Below are positions 1 to 16,979 of a stretch of 64,000 nt of DNA, in pieces (position 1 is the first letter of the stretch; every line of letters begins with the position of its first letter). The stretch lies in the NCBI RefSeq assembly GCF_009914755.1, contig NC_060935.1, one strand, 5' to 3'. This stretch comes from the human T2T-CHM13v2.0 reference genome, Homo sapiens. The notes under the pieces are model-generated. The model saw nothing but the letters and a program-made list of their open reading frames with translations, had not been told where the DNA came from and searched no databases. Position numbers and translations under genes: made by a program.

Positions 1-1099
1 ATTTTTTAAATGTATATATTTTTACTGTTTAAAAATATTTTGTACTTTAAAACAAGGAAAAATTATGATCAGATATATATGATCAGATATATAACACTTC
101 TTTTCGCAGTAACTCCTAGCAGTGAAAATGCATGATGTCTGCGTATAGCATTCAGAAAAAAACTACTGCCATCTGGCTTTTAGCAAAGTGTTTGCACTGT
201 TGAGCAGAGCGATAGAAAAGAACCCTGTAGTTCTAGAATAGGAACATGTAATCTTAGAATTTTTAACCATTTTAGACAGTTTGCCATTTAGGCGATGATA
301 CCAAAAAGGAAAAAAAAAATCAGAGTTGCATTAGCCCACATAGCTTGACTTATCCTCTCATAGTTTCCTTGGCTTTGGTCTGACAAATTACGCCTGCAAA
401 AATCTTGGGTCCTAATCAGCACAATGGGGTCACATAACCATAGTTTTCATTAACCTGATTTCAGGTTGGAGGCCACTGCTCCTTTTACCTATGTGTGTCA
501 AAATATTTATCAAATTATAGTCCTCTCCCCACACACAAAATGCTTCATGCATGTCACAGAAGATCGTGATAAAGAACATTTTATTTTTCATGCCGTTTAT
601 AAGAATAATATAAAGAAAGGCTTTGCAGAAATTAAAATAATTTATTCTCCTGTTATTGCTAAGAAAAAAATAAGCAAATACATGTTTCAGTAGTGTTAAA
701 AGACCCCTACTGGTTTATTAAACTTATTTTCACCATTCAAACAATTAAATGCAAGCCTGAAAATAAAAATTGAGCTCTTACTATGCATAAGACATTAACA
801 CTGTGTGATATAAAATGTTAGATTAGACATAAATCCTGCCCTTTTCAAATTGTTCCAAATCTAGTGGAGGAAATAAAATGTAGAAAAACAATGTTAGCAA
901 AAAGTCAGTGCTATGTCAGAAATACAAAAATATTATGATTTTTAAACTATAAATATTCATGGAAAACCTTCAAATGGCCCTACAAAATAGAGGATAAAAT
1001 GAAATAGAAAACAAACACACAAAATATCAACTCATTAACAAAAAGGTAAAAAATGAAGCAATGCCGACATTGTACTTGGGGTAAGTAGATAGAAGTCTA

Positions 1100-1518
<419 letters not shown>

Positions 1519-1519
1519 G

Positions 1520-3230
<1,711 letters not shown>

Positions 3231-3592
3231 GCAGGCAGAGAAAGAATTTACAGTTGAATATTTTCTAGAGTTAATGCTCTAAGAAAACACAAGTGATGAT
3301 CCTATATTCAGGAAGATGTCTGTTTGAAGTTGAATCAAACTGAGGAGAATGTTAATACTCTTTTAGAGTATTTTTTTGTTTCTATTTCTGAAATGAGGTT
3401 GATAGTTTTTTACAATTTTAAAAAGTGGGCACAATAATGATGAAAAGTTGTGTTTAAATAAGAAATTTATTCCTTTTGGAAGAGTATTGACATACTTGAT
3501 AAAGGAGGTGAGAAGTCTAGAAACTGGGTCTATCTTATAAGATGAATGGGATTTTGACCTGGAGAAAAAAAGACTACTTGAGGAAGAGCAAT

Positions 3593-3632
3593 TAGTCTTA
3601 AATGACATCAAATAGTCTTAAATGACATCAAA
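3593..3632. repeat. Perfect 20-bp tandem duplication
   Basis: TAGTCTTAAATGACATCAAA x2. Confidence 0.95.
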
Positions 3633-4529
3633 TGGAAAGAGGTAACAGAATGGAGGTCGGGAAGCATGGAAAGTAGTATGTGTATTACTCTAGGGAGAAA
3701 GCTTCAATAGTTGAAGGCTATGTTGTATTAAGTTGATGACGGTTTCATCTCCAGGCAGAGGAATTTCAACTTTATCGTTTAGACACTGGAGAAGAAAAGT
3801 TGGTATCTAAAGAGTACTTTTTAAGTTTCACCTGAGTCTCACAAATAATTATTCATAGAGTTACTATTTAAAATTTCAGTCATTGTCAAACAATTCTGTT
3901 AAAATTTCATATAGCATTAAAACAATAGCTGAAAAATTCATAAAATAAGCCTTCATAGGTGTTTCAAACTCCATTGCAGAAGTGTCTAAAAGTGTTAATA
4001 CATTATGAGATAAAAGTAATGTAAATAATATATATTCAAGAAGAGAATGAGCCCATATTAACCATTAGAAATAGGAAATTAATACAAAAGTATTTTGCAG
4101 ACAAATATTCCTTTGCTAAATTGAATTACTAATTCCTACGCAACAGGTATTTGTTATTATTTCAATGTGAAATAAATCCTTGTTTACATCAGAATAAGTT
4201 TGAGAAATTACACCTAAATCCACGGCTTGTAACTAAATTGTTTGTAATTTTAAATTCTTTAAATACTTTAAAGATTTTTTAATAATCTTACATCTGATAT
4301 GCAGAAAGAGTTTCAACTGCAAACAGCATTCAAAGAGGGACCAAGTAAGTGTGTTTAAAAGTTGGAAAAGAGGTTTAATGGGGGGAAATGATTTTTACCA
4401 ATTTAAAGATATAGATCAACACAAACAGTTTTGTTTTCGAGGGAGAATGATGAGTATTATAATATTATTTGCTATTTAAGAGTTCTTACTACGTGCTAGG
4501 AAAATGTAGCTGCATCATATACATTGCTA

Positions 4530-4633
4530 TACATTACATCACAACAACTAAAGCCATCACAAATTAAAGATAAGCATATTGGCTCAGAGAGGTTAAGAAA
4601 TTTGCCAAAAGTTACACAGCAAATACATGATAG
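4530..4633 (-). mobile_element. MIR fragment interrupted by LTR17
   Basis: MIR core GGCTCAGAGAGGTTAAGAAATTTGCCAAAAGTTACACAGC. Confidence 0.7.
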
Positions 4634-5418
<785 letters not shown>

Positions 5419-5629
5419 ATAGTGGTCACTCTACCATCTACTTTCTTTACCCCTGGCAACACTGAATCCCAAGTATGCGAGTTTTCAAAAATTAAACAGG
5501 AAAAAATTTATATTTAAGTGAATTTTTAAATTATTCATATTACATTATATAGAACCTCCAGGAAACATTGTAACAATTCATCTCCACAGGAAAAATGGCT
5601 TATAATTGCCCAAGCTTTAATGAATTTTT

Positions 5630-6460
5630 ATTGCTCAATAGCAAGAAAACACATAATCTGATATAAAAATGGGCTAAAAACCTGAACTAACATTTCTCAA
5701 AAGAAGACAAACATACGTCAAACAGGAATATGAAAAAAATGTGTAACATCACAAATTGTTACAGAACACAGATTAAAACCACAGAGAGATGTCACCTCAA
5801 ACCTGTTAGAATGACTGATCTCAAAAATATGAAAGATAGTAAATGTTGGTGAAGATGTGGAGAAAGAAAAACTTGTAAATTTTTGGTGAGAATGTAAACT
5901 AATACAGCCATTATGAAAACTCGTGTACAGGTTCCTCAAAAAACTAAAACTATAAATATGATCCAGCAAGCCCATTTCTGGGTATACATCCAAAGAAAAT
6001 AAAATTACTATCCCAAAGAGATACCTGCACTCTGTTTATTGCAGCATTACTCACAATAGATAAGATATGAAATCAACCTAAGTGCCCATCCACACATGAA
6101 TGGATAAAGAAAATTAGGTGTAAGTGCACAATGGAATACTATTTGGCCATGAAAAAGAAGGGAATCTTGTCATTTGCCACAATGTGGATGAGCCTGGATG
6201 ACTTCAGTAAAATAGGCCAGACACAGAAATACAAACACTGCATGATCTCACTTAAGTAAAAAAAAAAAAATTGAACTCATAAAATTAGAAAGTAGAATGA
6301 TGCTTACAATAGGCTGGGGCAAGGGTAGGAAGGAAGGAAAGAGAGAGGTGCTGCTTGAAGGGTACACAGTTTCAGGAGAGAGAGAAGGAATTGGTTTTGA
6401 GCTGTATTGCACAGCCTGGTGGCTATATTTCAAAATAACGAGGATGGAAAATTTAAAGAT
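5630..6460 (+). mobile_element. L1MA-type ORF2 3' end and 3'UTR
   Basis: CATTTCTCAAAAGAAGAC, ACCTGTTAGAATG, AATCAACCTAAGTGCCCATC, GAATGGATAAAGAAAAT, CAATGGAATACTATT motifs. Confidence 0.88.
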
Positions 6461-6708
6461 AAATTGATCCAAGTGCCTAATCTCAAACACTCCTGTTACA
6501 ATTTTAACTTATTTACATTTATGTTACTTTAAAAGAAATATAGAGAAAATATAGCTCAGTGCAATGCTGTTTCATAAAGGGCATGGAGTTTCTTGGTAAC
6601 TTTTACCTTTCCAGTCTAAATTAAATGCAGTTGTGTAAATGTTTTCATTTTATACACATACAAAAAATACTGCATAAAATCCACACAATATGAAATATGA
6701 AATTTATT

Positions 6709-6731
6709 CTATATATATATATATATATATA
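6709..6731. repeat. (TA)n microsatellite
   Basis: Direct reading. Confidence 0.9.
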
Positions 6732-9700
6732 AAACATGATTGTATATGTATGTAACCTTAACAAGTATTTATTAGATGCATGTACTATTCCACTCACCAG
6801 GGGCACAAATATCAAATATCATATGGTTCTTACTTTCAATACTTCCTCTGTAAGATATTTTTCAAGCGTTTTCACTGTTGTTTCACTACCTTCATATTAT
6901 TATTATAAAACTTTTACAAATAGCAATAAAGACTCACAGATATAGAAAGTGAATTGCAAAAGGGCAGTCAGTTGATAGAAGAACTGGAGCTACAATCCGG
7001 GAGCTCTGAGTTTCAGTCTAACATGTTCTTTTTTCCACTAAACATTTTGTTGCTAATTTGCAAAATTTCTCTGTCATCAAACTCTACAAATAATATTTCA
7101 GAATGAAAAAATTAAAAAAAAGTACATCCAGAAATAAAGCTTTTTATTTCAAAAATAGTAAGCAAGACACAGAGTTTTTATTTCAAAAAATATTAAATTC
7201 ATTTACCATTTTATGTAGCATAGGCAGTAAAGCTTAGGCTGAAAATAATTTGAGAAGGTATTAAGAAAAAGAACTGAAGAAAAATTATCTACTTGAGGGA
7301 ACTCCGTGATATATCTCAGTGATATAAAAGGCTTCAAAAAAAATCTATGAGGTCGAATTCTTAAAAATTAATATACATGGGGAGAGAAACTGAAAAGTTG
7401 AAATATAATGTTTGTGAGTGATTTACTGTTGAAGCAAAGCTGATATGTTTGATAATAACAGAATCTATGTTGCTGTATACACCAGTGCCTTGAACATAAC
7501 TCTTGAGATAAAATAAAACAAGTATTTACCAAGGATGACATAATGGAACTACATTGGTCTGCAATAAAGAAAGATTATTTAAGCAGAGAAGAATAGAGTT
7601 CTCTCTTCTAAAACCCTTATATTTACCTTCAATAAATGTATCGCTTGAAAATAGGAATAGCTAAAAATTACGGAAGAATTTTTTTTCAATTAAAAATGAC
7701 GAGATGAGTAATCATACTTTATTGTGAAATGGTAAACAGAGATGTTTCTAACAAATTCCTTTTAATAATAGCTCAGAAAATTGCTTTGGTAGTATTAGAA
7801 AAAGCAGAGGGACTGAGAAATTTGTGAATGCCTCTCCAAAATAAAACATAGTTTTTTATTTCACTTTTTTTGGTATACATCTTATTAAGTCTACTGTGAA
7901 ACTATTTCTACTTTTACATTATTCATTCATTTATGTTTAAAAATACACAAGTCATCAGAAAAACGCACTGGATTCTCAAAAGTTCTTGAAACCTTGTTGA
8001 ATGGATTGCTGTAGTGCATGGATGGTAGTTAACACAGCTGGAATCTGTAGATACTCAAAAAGGCAATGAGGCTTTAAATAATACTGTAGAAAAACAAATT
8101 TCAGGATGAAAAACCTTGAAGAGTTGTTTAAAAATGTACACCGTGTCACGTGAACCAGATCAAGGCTTAACTCTGCTCACAATTGTGCCTCTGGTAGCAA
8201 CAAGAAACCTCAGAAATTACTTTAACAAACCCCTTAATGTCAGCTTCAAATGTGTGCCTGACAAAGCCCTAAACTCAACAAAGTAATGGGTAATCATTCA
8301 GCAAACAATTATTGATTACTCACAATGTGTGTTTAAGGCACTATATTAAATGCTATTGATTAAAAGAGATCAATTAGGAAGACAGGAAGACTAAATGGAT
8401 GAACCAAACAGGGTTTATTTCATCAAGAAACTCATTTAGTAGGAGCAGAGGTCCTATTTGTATCTATAATGTTAGTTCAATTTTTATCAAATAGAAAAAA
8501 TATGAAAAATTTAGAAATAGGCACAATCCTAAATCAAGTATAATATACCTATGTAAATATGGAATTTTAAAAATTATATCTAAAATAAATGTCAATGAGA
8601 TTTATTTCCCTTGAAATGCTAACCAGCTGTATAATCTCTGCAAATTATTTAATTTCTATGAACTTCGGTTTACAAGAGTGGAAATGAAAAAATAATATTT
8701 TCTTATAACATCATGTGAAAATGAAGATATTTTATTATACATAAATTTTGAGAGGATAAAAGAATTACAGCTTCTTATATACAGGTTTTGAGAGGATGAA
8801 ATAAGTTCATGTGGATAGCATTTTGTAAGGCAGGTCCTAAGAAATCAGTAAATAGCATCTGTTTTTGCATTACTTCTATAATCTTGTAAAAATCTCCATA
8901 AAAAATATTACTTTTATAATATGTTCAATGGTTATGTCTTATAAGCAGGAACATAAAACAAATTATTGTTGCTGTAAAATAAATGTTAAAAACATGAAAT
9001 CTGTCTTAAATGGAAAAGCCTAGGAGTTAAAGAAATGGTAACAATGTATGTATTTCAGTCCATTTTAAGGTTGAAATTTAAACTGTATTCTCTATATTGA
9101 ACCAACAATATATTAAAGGTATGAAGAAACTGGGGCGGGTCTGATTTTCTATACGGTTCAAGTAAGGAAAATGGTGTCATATATATGACCTTCTCAGTAG
9201 TGTTGTAATTAAATTTGGGATTTAAATGGACCATTGCTGGGCCTTGGTAACAATGAACAAAAAGGCTGAGAAGAAAGTAAGGACTGAGGTATGGTGGATA
9301 GAACTTGTATCACAGTTGTAAAGAATTGTGCTATCTGGTGATTCAGTGTTTACAGTGTCTAGTGTGTGCAGCAAGTTTAAGCATGTTTGAGCAACTGTGT
9401 GAGGAAGTTGGGAGAAAGGAGATCGAATCAGGCAGGGATGAACACGGCATTACAGGCATCCAGAAATAGTAGAAGTCAGTGAGCATCACTGTTATTTCAG
9501 CTGATTTTTAAACTCAGGGAGAGATAGAAAATAAAGGAGAGGATATTTTATTTTCCCTAGGGAAGAGGACTAAAAATGTGTTAGATAAGTTTTCTCAAGT
9601 GCTCAGGGAAGCAAATGGATGTTGAATAATGAACCCAACCCCTAATAATAAACTTAAATACTAATCTATAAAAATAAGGACATATCTGGCACTACAGATG

Positions 9701-10746
9701 ATCAAAATTATGGGGAGAAAGCAGGTAAGGAATCCTGCCCCTTGTGGCTAAATAGGCATACAGTGAAACTCCCAGTTAGGTAGATCTTTTGGTATCAAAG
9801 CCCCCAGGTGGAGGGGAGGAGGATCATGATATACATTCTACATTTATCATGTTTGATTCAGAAAGAAAATGGCTCAGTGTATAAAAGTTATACCCAGTGG
9901 TAAACTTAGCCATGAGATACTTGAACAAAGTGAGAGACAGAGAGAGACAAATTCCTTGTCAATGTCTGGACCAAGAGTATAGGATCAAAAATTAGTTGGG
10001 TAGTTATAGATAACTTGAGTACAATAATGTATCATTATTCATGAGAGAACATTTTGTTTTTAGGTTTTGTTTTTTGTTTGTATATTTTGTATTAAATATG
10101 TATATAAAACATATTATATTAAATGTATATAAAACATGCAGATATGTTCACATGTCCTAATGCAGAATAAATGGCCAGTACTTCCAAGTTCACTTTTCTC
10201 ATATATAAAATAAGTCTAACTGTAAAGGGAATATCTAAGTACTTACTATGATGGGGGCTAAAATTCACAGCATACATGTGGCCATTGGTAAAATGAGAGA
10301 ATATGAATTTCGTAAGAAAAGTCATAGCTGTCATGACAATAAATATGATCCCTTCATAGAATACCTTTAAGGATAGGGTAAACTCATTGAAAAATATAAA
10401 GTCATTTATGTGTACACAGAAGTGGACCATGGTAGAACCATTTCCTCCTTCATTCACTTAGCTTTTTAATTAGTTTTTATTTTTTTGCTCATCAAATATT
10501 TATCATTTTGTACTGTTTCCTGATAAACACTGAAGGCACTAAAATAATGAAGACATTTTTTCCTCAAAGAGTTTGTGGTTCCAAATGAACTCATCAACTA
10601 TAATGTATTTAATGTATTATAGCATCATTGTTAAATCTCAGAAGTGTCAACAACCCTAATATTGGTGTAAAATAGAGAGATAGGTTCCACTGATATACTA
10701 TTACTACCAGCAAATGAGCAGATGAACTTAATTGTTTGGTTGGGCT

Positions 10747-11323
10747 TGTAAACCAAAAAGAATCTGAGACAAGTGCCAATCAATTTAGAAGCTTATTTTG
10801 CCAAAGTTACAGACATGCCCATGGCACAACCTCAGAAAGTCCTGACAACATGTGCCCAAGGTGGTCAGGCTACAGCCTGGATTTATGACATCAATCAACA
10901 TATGTAAAATGTTTGGTCCAGAAAGGCAGGATGCGGGTGGGGGAAGCAGGGGAGGCTCTTCGGGTCATAGATAGATTCAATGATATTTTCTGATTGGCAA
11001 TTGGTTGAAAGAGTTTATCTAAAGATACAGGGATGTGGAGACCACAGTTCTCATTATACAGATGAAGTCTCCAGGTAGTAAGCTTCAGAGAGAATAGATA
11101 ATAAACATTTCTTATCAGACTTAAAGAGTCTGTTCTGTCGGTCCTAAGGTCTCTGTTTGAATGTTAATTTTGGTCAGCTGTGCCTGAATTCCAACGGGAG
11201 GAAGGTTTAATGAGGCATGTCTGACCACCCATTTCCATCATTGCCTAAACTCGTATTTCAGGTTTACTTTAGAATGCCCTTGGCCAAGAAGAGGGATCTA
11301 TTCAGTTGGTTGAAGGACTTAGA

Positions 11324-11362
<39 letters not shown>

Positions 11363-11372
11363 TTGGTTTACA
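10747..11372 (-). mobile_element. Solo MER4-family ERV1 LTR
   Basis: Inverted termini TGTAAACCAAAA...TTTTGGTTTACA; flanks GGCT/GGAT; internal CTCCAGGTAGTAAGCTTCAGAGAGAATAGAT is typical of MER4. Confidence 0.85.
11324..11362. repeat. (ATT)n microsatellite inside the MER4 5' terminus
   Basis: About 13 ATT units between CTTAGA and TTGGTTTACA. Confidence 0.92.
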
Positions 11373-11400
11373 GGATGATGCTCTCAAGCTTCTATTGTGT

Positions 11401-12119
11401 TGAAACTGCCATTGCAAAATTATAACCGACTTAGAAAGATCTGGCTTAACCAGCTCCATCTTGCATTAAACCCTCAAGCTGTGCTTGTTTATTCCTGGGC
11501 TTAGGCCTAACTAACTTTAAGAGGAAATTAGTTTATAATTTAGCTTTGAAACAAAAATGATAACCGCCCTTTTCCAAAACAAATCTCCTTCCTGCCTGGG
11601 GCCTAGACTGCCTTTGCAGGACTAACAAATTAGCCACAAGATTAGAATTTATGGTTTAGGAGTCATGCAGCTGGAGGGTGCAAGATTTTAAATCTCCCCA
11701 AATTGCTTCTGGGGGATAACATTACTATGGTAAAACCTAAGATTAGTGTTTGAGATATTTTGCAGACCCTGCACTCAGTAGATGAGCTGGCATCACTCAG
11801 ATCAATAACCTGGCTCATCTGTTCTTGCGGTTCCGACCCAGGAACTGACTCAGCACAAGAGGACAGTTTCAACTTCCTATGATTTCACCTCTGACCCAGC
11901 GAATCAGCACTCCCAACTCAATGGCCCCTTACCTACCAAATTATCCTTAAAATCTCTGACTCCTGATTTTTCACGGAGACTGATTTGAGTAATAATAAAA
12001 CTCCAGTCTCCCACACAGCTAGCTTTGTGTGAATTACTCTTTCTCTATTGCAATTCCCCTGTCTTGATAAATCAGCTCTGTCTAGGCAGTGGGCAGGATG
12101 AACCCGTTGGGCAGTTACA
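11401..12119 (+). mobile_element. Solo LTR8 (LTR8/8A-like, ERV1)
   Basis: Begins TGAAACTGCCATTGCAAAATTAT, AATAAA near 11994, ends GGGCAGTTACA; flanks GTGT/ATGT. Confidence 0.88.
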
Positions 12120-12120
12120 A

Positions 12121-12250
12121 TGTCACCTACTTTAGAAATGAGAAACTGGCTTAACTTAAAGACTGAGACTGAGTCAACTCAGATGTCAAACCACTAGTAA
12201 ACTGCAGTGAAGAGATTTAAATTAAAGTTAACTAATCCCAAAATGCTTGG
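12121..12250 (-). mobile_element. MIR fragment
   Basis: TTTAGAAATGAGAAACTG core remnant. Confidence 0.5.
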
Positions 12251-15122
12251 GCTTATCTACCTGTGAACATGAATTTTTTTTTTAATAGAGTTAGTAAAGT
12301 TTGGGAAAATTAGCATGTAGGCATTCTCAAAGTTGAACATTGCCAAATAATGATCATGGAAAATATTTCCCATATACTTCATATATAGCAAGTAATATCT
12401 GAGTAAGAAATAATAAAAATTTATAACCCAAGGTAGATTAAAATACTCTAAAAAGGCTTATAGTGGAGGTAAGTATGGAGATGGAAAGGGTAGACGTACC
12501 TGGAAGTTGAAGCTTAAAATGGTTATTTTTCACTCTATGAAGAACAATGGGTATTTACTTTGGATGAAGTCTTAAAATGTTTGAATTATATGTATAAAAC
12601 CTTTACTGGAAAAGTAATATACGTATCTCTCAATTATTTTCTAAATTACGTAAAAGAGCAAGTAACAATTTAAAAAAAATCATTGGAGTATCTCTAATAT
12701 CTAATGATTTGTAATATCATGAAAGACCCTACAGATATTTAAAAGAAAATTAAACCACAAATAGGTTTAATTAGTACCTTTAAGCTTTATTGAAATCTTT
12801 TTATGAAAAGCTCTATCAAATTGTGAAGTATCACTATTAATATTCTGAAAAATGTATATTGTGATTTACTACCCAAAAGTTCGAAGTTTTAGATTTAAGA
12901 GAATTTGATACCTCATAACATGTGAGCTGCTGATTAGTAAGCAAAAGAGATAACTGATGGCCAGTGATCAATATTTTTTCTGAATTTAATTGCTAGTGGT
13001 ATGAAAGAAAAAAAATCGTAGCATAGCCTTTTCCTGCTGGGGATCAAAGGAAATCATTTATGTGTCTCATGGCTCTTTCTGATTTAAGTTCAAGCACGAA
13101 TAAGTGAATAAGCCATCTTGGTCATTTAGAATCACATCCCTCCTCCACAACCTCTACCCCACAAAAATATTTGATCCAAATATTCCGAATGTATACATAG
13201 AGACAGAGCTTTATATATTTATACTCATATTTACATTTCAAGAAAAGTTTCTGGAAAGCCATGTCATATTTTAGAATTTGTAAGCCTTTTGGCTATGACT
13301 TTGAAAGAAATGCCTTTCCAAATAACTGAGGGGAGGGACTAGCTGCATCAAAACCCGTAGCAGTTCATAGCCAAGACATTTGTGTCAACTTATAACATGG
13401 TTTTATATGTATTCCATATTTGTAACATTCACAATCTTTCATATATCCAAGATTCAGTTCAGAGTTTATACAAAAGTGGAAATATCAATCATTGCTCCCC
13501 TCCTATTCTAGATGAATATGTATAAGAATCAACAAATATATATATAACAAATATGTGTAAGAATTAACAAATAAATACCTATATATATATTTGTATATAT
13601 AGATATATACTTAGAGCTGCTAGCTCTTTAACCCAGGCTTCCTTTCTTATTATGTAAATAATAATGAGTAAGTGGCATGGATTTGTTTGTTAACATACCT
13701 CGCACACACTGATAACTTAGCTTGAATTTGAGAGTACATTTCTGAATGTTTACCAGGATATCATTTCTATTTTCTTGAACAGGAGAGAACAGCTCCTGTC
13801 TCACCTGCTTTTATTACACTACCTACGTCTCCTCCTGTGGTCTACCACACAGCTAGAGTACAGCACACCCCCGCTTCTCAAAAAGTTAGTTGAGGGTCAA
13901 TAGATAACTGAGGGAGGGGATGGAATAGGGGATGAAAAGAATTGTAGGGAAAGAAGCATTTTCTATTTTCCCAATGGCCTAGAGTATTACTAGTTTTACC
14001 AAAAAAAGGTATACATCTAGATTTTTCAAAAACATATTTGTTGGGATAAATGGTATTTTCAAAATCAGACTAGGAATGGTAAAAATCATCATGGCCTAGA
14101 AACAACCTGGAGAAAATGATGGCAATAAAACTATAAGCATAATACAATTTTATTTTCCTTAGCAGAAAAATGATATTAAAAATATGGCTGGATATTTTAT
14201 ATTAAATCTTTTCAGAATAGTGGATGTAAATAACTGAAAAGAGATAAAAAGATGCTAAAGAGACATTTAGTTCACGCCCCTCTTTTTCCAATGAGGCTCA
14301 CATTGCAGCCTTCTAAAACAAATGCATATATATATATATACACACTTACAAAACTGAGAGGGAGAGAAGAGAAAATTGAAGAAAAAAGTTATATCCTTAT
14401 AGACTCTCTGACAATCAGCTTCTAATAGGCTTTGCCTGGCTGAGATTATTTGATCTGTGATGCGTCTAAGCCTGTTTAGGAATAACAGCCCTGTGGGGCT
14501 GAGGATTAGTGGGCAATGAAGAAGAAAATACTAAAAATATTTAAACAGAGATGTCTCCTTAGTCTAGAATATTCCCCAGTGACCATGTCTATAGACAATT
14601 ATCCCATCTTTGTGGGAGTATAAATTCTCTACTTACAAATGTTTCTGATTTTTTTTTTCTCTTTCAGAATTCACACTACAAGAACACATTTTGTGCTTTT
14701 TCTACTGGATTTGACTCTGAGCTACTGAAATGCAGATAACCTTACCTTTCTTCCTTATTTTGTGGAAACAGAGATGTGAATGTAAAGTAACAATTTGTTG
14801 AAGATAAACAAATGATATACTTTTTTTCCCATTCAGAATAAGGAGTTATTAGACACAAAGAAGAGTAGGAGATGGTGTTTTATTTATTGTTCAACTCATT
14901 CCTAAAGATGTTTATTTATATTGTAATGGGACTCTACGGAACCTAGAAGAAATACAACTCTACATCCTTTTCAATAGTATATTTCCTGTTTATTTACCTG
15001 TCTCATCAGATTATTTTATGTTTAACCCAGATTGGTTTTTGTTTTCTGCAACTCAAACCTTTTCAAATCTTACTTTTATCCATTTATAGCATTAAATATT
15101 CTCTTAATAACAAACATCAATA

Positions 15123-15222
15123 TGAGGAGGAGGAGGAAGATGAAAAAGAGGAGGAGGAGAAAGAGGAAAAGGGGGAAGAGGAGAAGCAGAAAGAGAAGGG
15201 AAAAAAGGGGGGAGGGAGTAAA
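15123..15222. repeat. Purine-rich (GA) low-complexity tract
   Basis: About 100 nt almost entirely A/G (GAGGAGGAGG...AAAGAGAAGGG). Confidence 0.9.
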
Positions 15223-15499
15223 AAGAAGTCTCATTACTTGATTTGTAGAAGAGGTTTCCTCGATATATTTGTCAGTGGCTGACCCTAGAGTTAATAACAA
15301 GCATGATTAACACGTTGATAGAGTTTGTATATTGTAGTTTCAAATTCTCACTTTGCAACTCTTCTATATTTTTACTTGACAGCTGCCCCTTCATTTGCAA
15401 CTGAAAGCTGAAGTACAGCAGACGTATTTGTTGCCATTGATTTTCTGTCAGTCCTTACCACTTAAGTGTTGGCACAGGTGACTCAATATAAGGAAGACA

Positions 15500-15645
15500 C
15501 TGAGGCATAGAGAAAAGAACTCACATTTTGTAGACACTGAAATTCAAATCCCAGTTGCTTCGTTTACTATTTGTATAATCTCTGTCAAGTGATTTAATGT
15601 CTCTGACTCTCAGATATTTTATTGATACAATGGAAAAGTTATCCT
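15500..15645 (+). mobile_element. MIR
   Basis: TTCAAATCCCAG...CAAGTGATTTAATGTCTCTGACTCTCAG. Confidence 0.65.
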
Positions 15646-16034
15646 CTAAGATCATTGTTAAATTCCTGGCTCCCATTTAGCTTCTTTCCCCACCATTACT
15701 CAACTTCGTAACCTTGACCTCTAAAGTTTCCTAAGCCCCACAATTCTACCTATCAAATCTAGTAGGAACCTCTTCCTTGCTGGTTATTCCTACCAACTGT
15801 CATGTTGCTCTAATAACCTGTCTGTATCATTCAAACACACTCTCAACTAGTGTCTTCCTCCAGACTTACCCTCACCTTCCAGTTGAACATTCACAAGATC
15901 ATCAATGTGATCCCATTCTAAAACACATTTCTACACACTTCATATACCATCATAGGTCTCTACAACCTAAAGCAATAATTCTTAATCCCTCTGAAGACTT
16001 GATGTTTCATAGTTCTAAATGTCCCCATTACCAC

Positions 16035-16496
16035 AGCATTAGATTTCTATTGCTACTGTAATAAATTTCCATAAACCTAGTATCTTCAAACAATACAAAT
16101 TTATTATCTTCAAATTCTGCAGGTCAGAAGTCTCAAACCAGGTACACTGTGCTGAAGTGTTGGTGTGGTTTGTTCTTACTGGTGGCTCTGAGGAAAAAAA
16201 ACATTGTCTCAGGGTCTTTTTTAGCTTCCTTTAGGGGCCACCTGCAGTCTTTGGCTCATGGTCCCTTCCTCACATCACTCCCATTTCATTCCTCCTAATA
16301 TTGACTCCTATCTTCCTCTTATAAGGGTCTCTGTGGTTTCATTTGGCCCACTTGATAATTCAGAAAAATAGACTCATTTCAAGATTCTTAACTTAATCAT
16401 ATTTGCAAAGTCTTATTTACTGTGTACAGTAACATATCCACAAGTTCTTGGCTTAACACATGGGCATATTTGGGGACTGTTATTCAGCCTACCACA
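16035..16496 (-). mobile_element. MLT1 (MaLR) solo LTR
   Basis: AAATTTATTATCTT...TTCTGCAGGTCAGAAGTC; AAGATTCTTAACTTAATCATATTTGCAAAG; end TATTCAGCCTACCACA. Confidence 0.8.
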
Positions 16497-16979
16497 ACTA
16501 TTGTAAAATGTAATTAGTTTAAAATAAAATTTACCTTTACTCATAATTTTTAAAATATAAAAAGTTGCCTAACTGTAATAAAAGTGATTTATAATAAAAT
16601 TATATGTATTTTAGTATGTCAATGCTTGAGAACAACTGCACTGGAAACATAACGAGGCCATCAGATACTTCCACTGAAATATATGAATACAATGGAAGTA
16701 ATGGCAATAATGCCACTGATATAGACATATTGTACTGGTAATACAAAACAAAGATCATTGCCATCAACAACAAGATTTTCAGAAATGAAAAAAAAAAAAA
16801 CTCTTGATAAAGTTACAAGACTAAGTGCTGATTCAGATAGTAATCCCACTCCCAGGAAATACAGCTTATATTAAAATGTACAAAAGTATTTGTGTTTACT
16901 TGTAGAACCGTCTTGGGTTCTCGGCTCATATAATTTTTTTCACCTACATATATATCCACTAGAGTATTAAAAATCTCAA

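Noticed and set aside
10811-10820. AGACATGCCC p53 half-site in MER4
   Set aside because: Single decamer without a matching partner.
14650-14750. Strong-looking + strand splice acceptor (TTTTTTTTCTCTTTCAG)
   Set aside because: No convincing donor or open frame follows; such tracts are common in AT-rich DNA.
15032-15241. Arg/Lys-rich ORF resembling a protamine or NLS
   Set aside because: Translation of a GA low-complexity tract; TTG start, no gene context.
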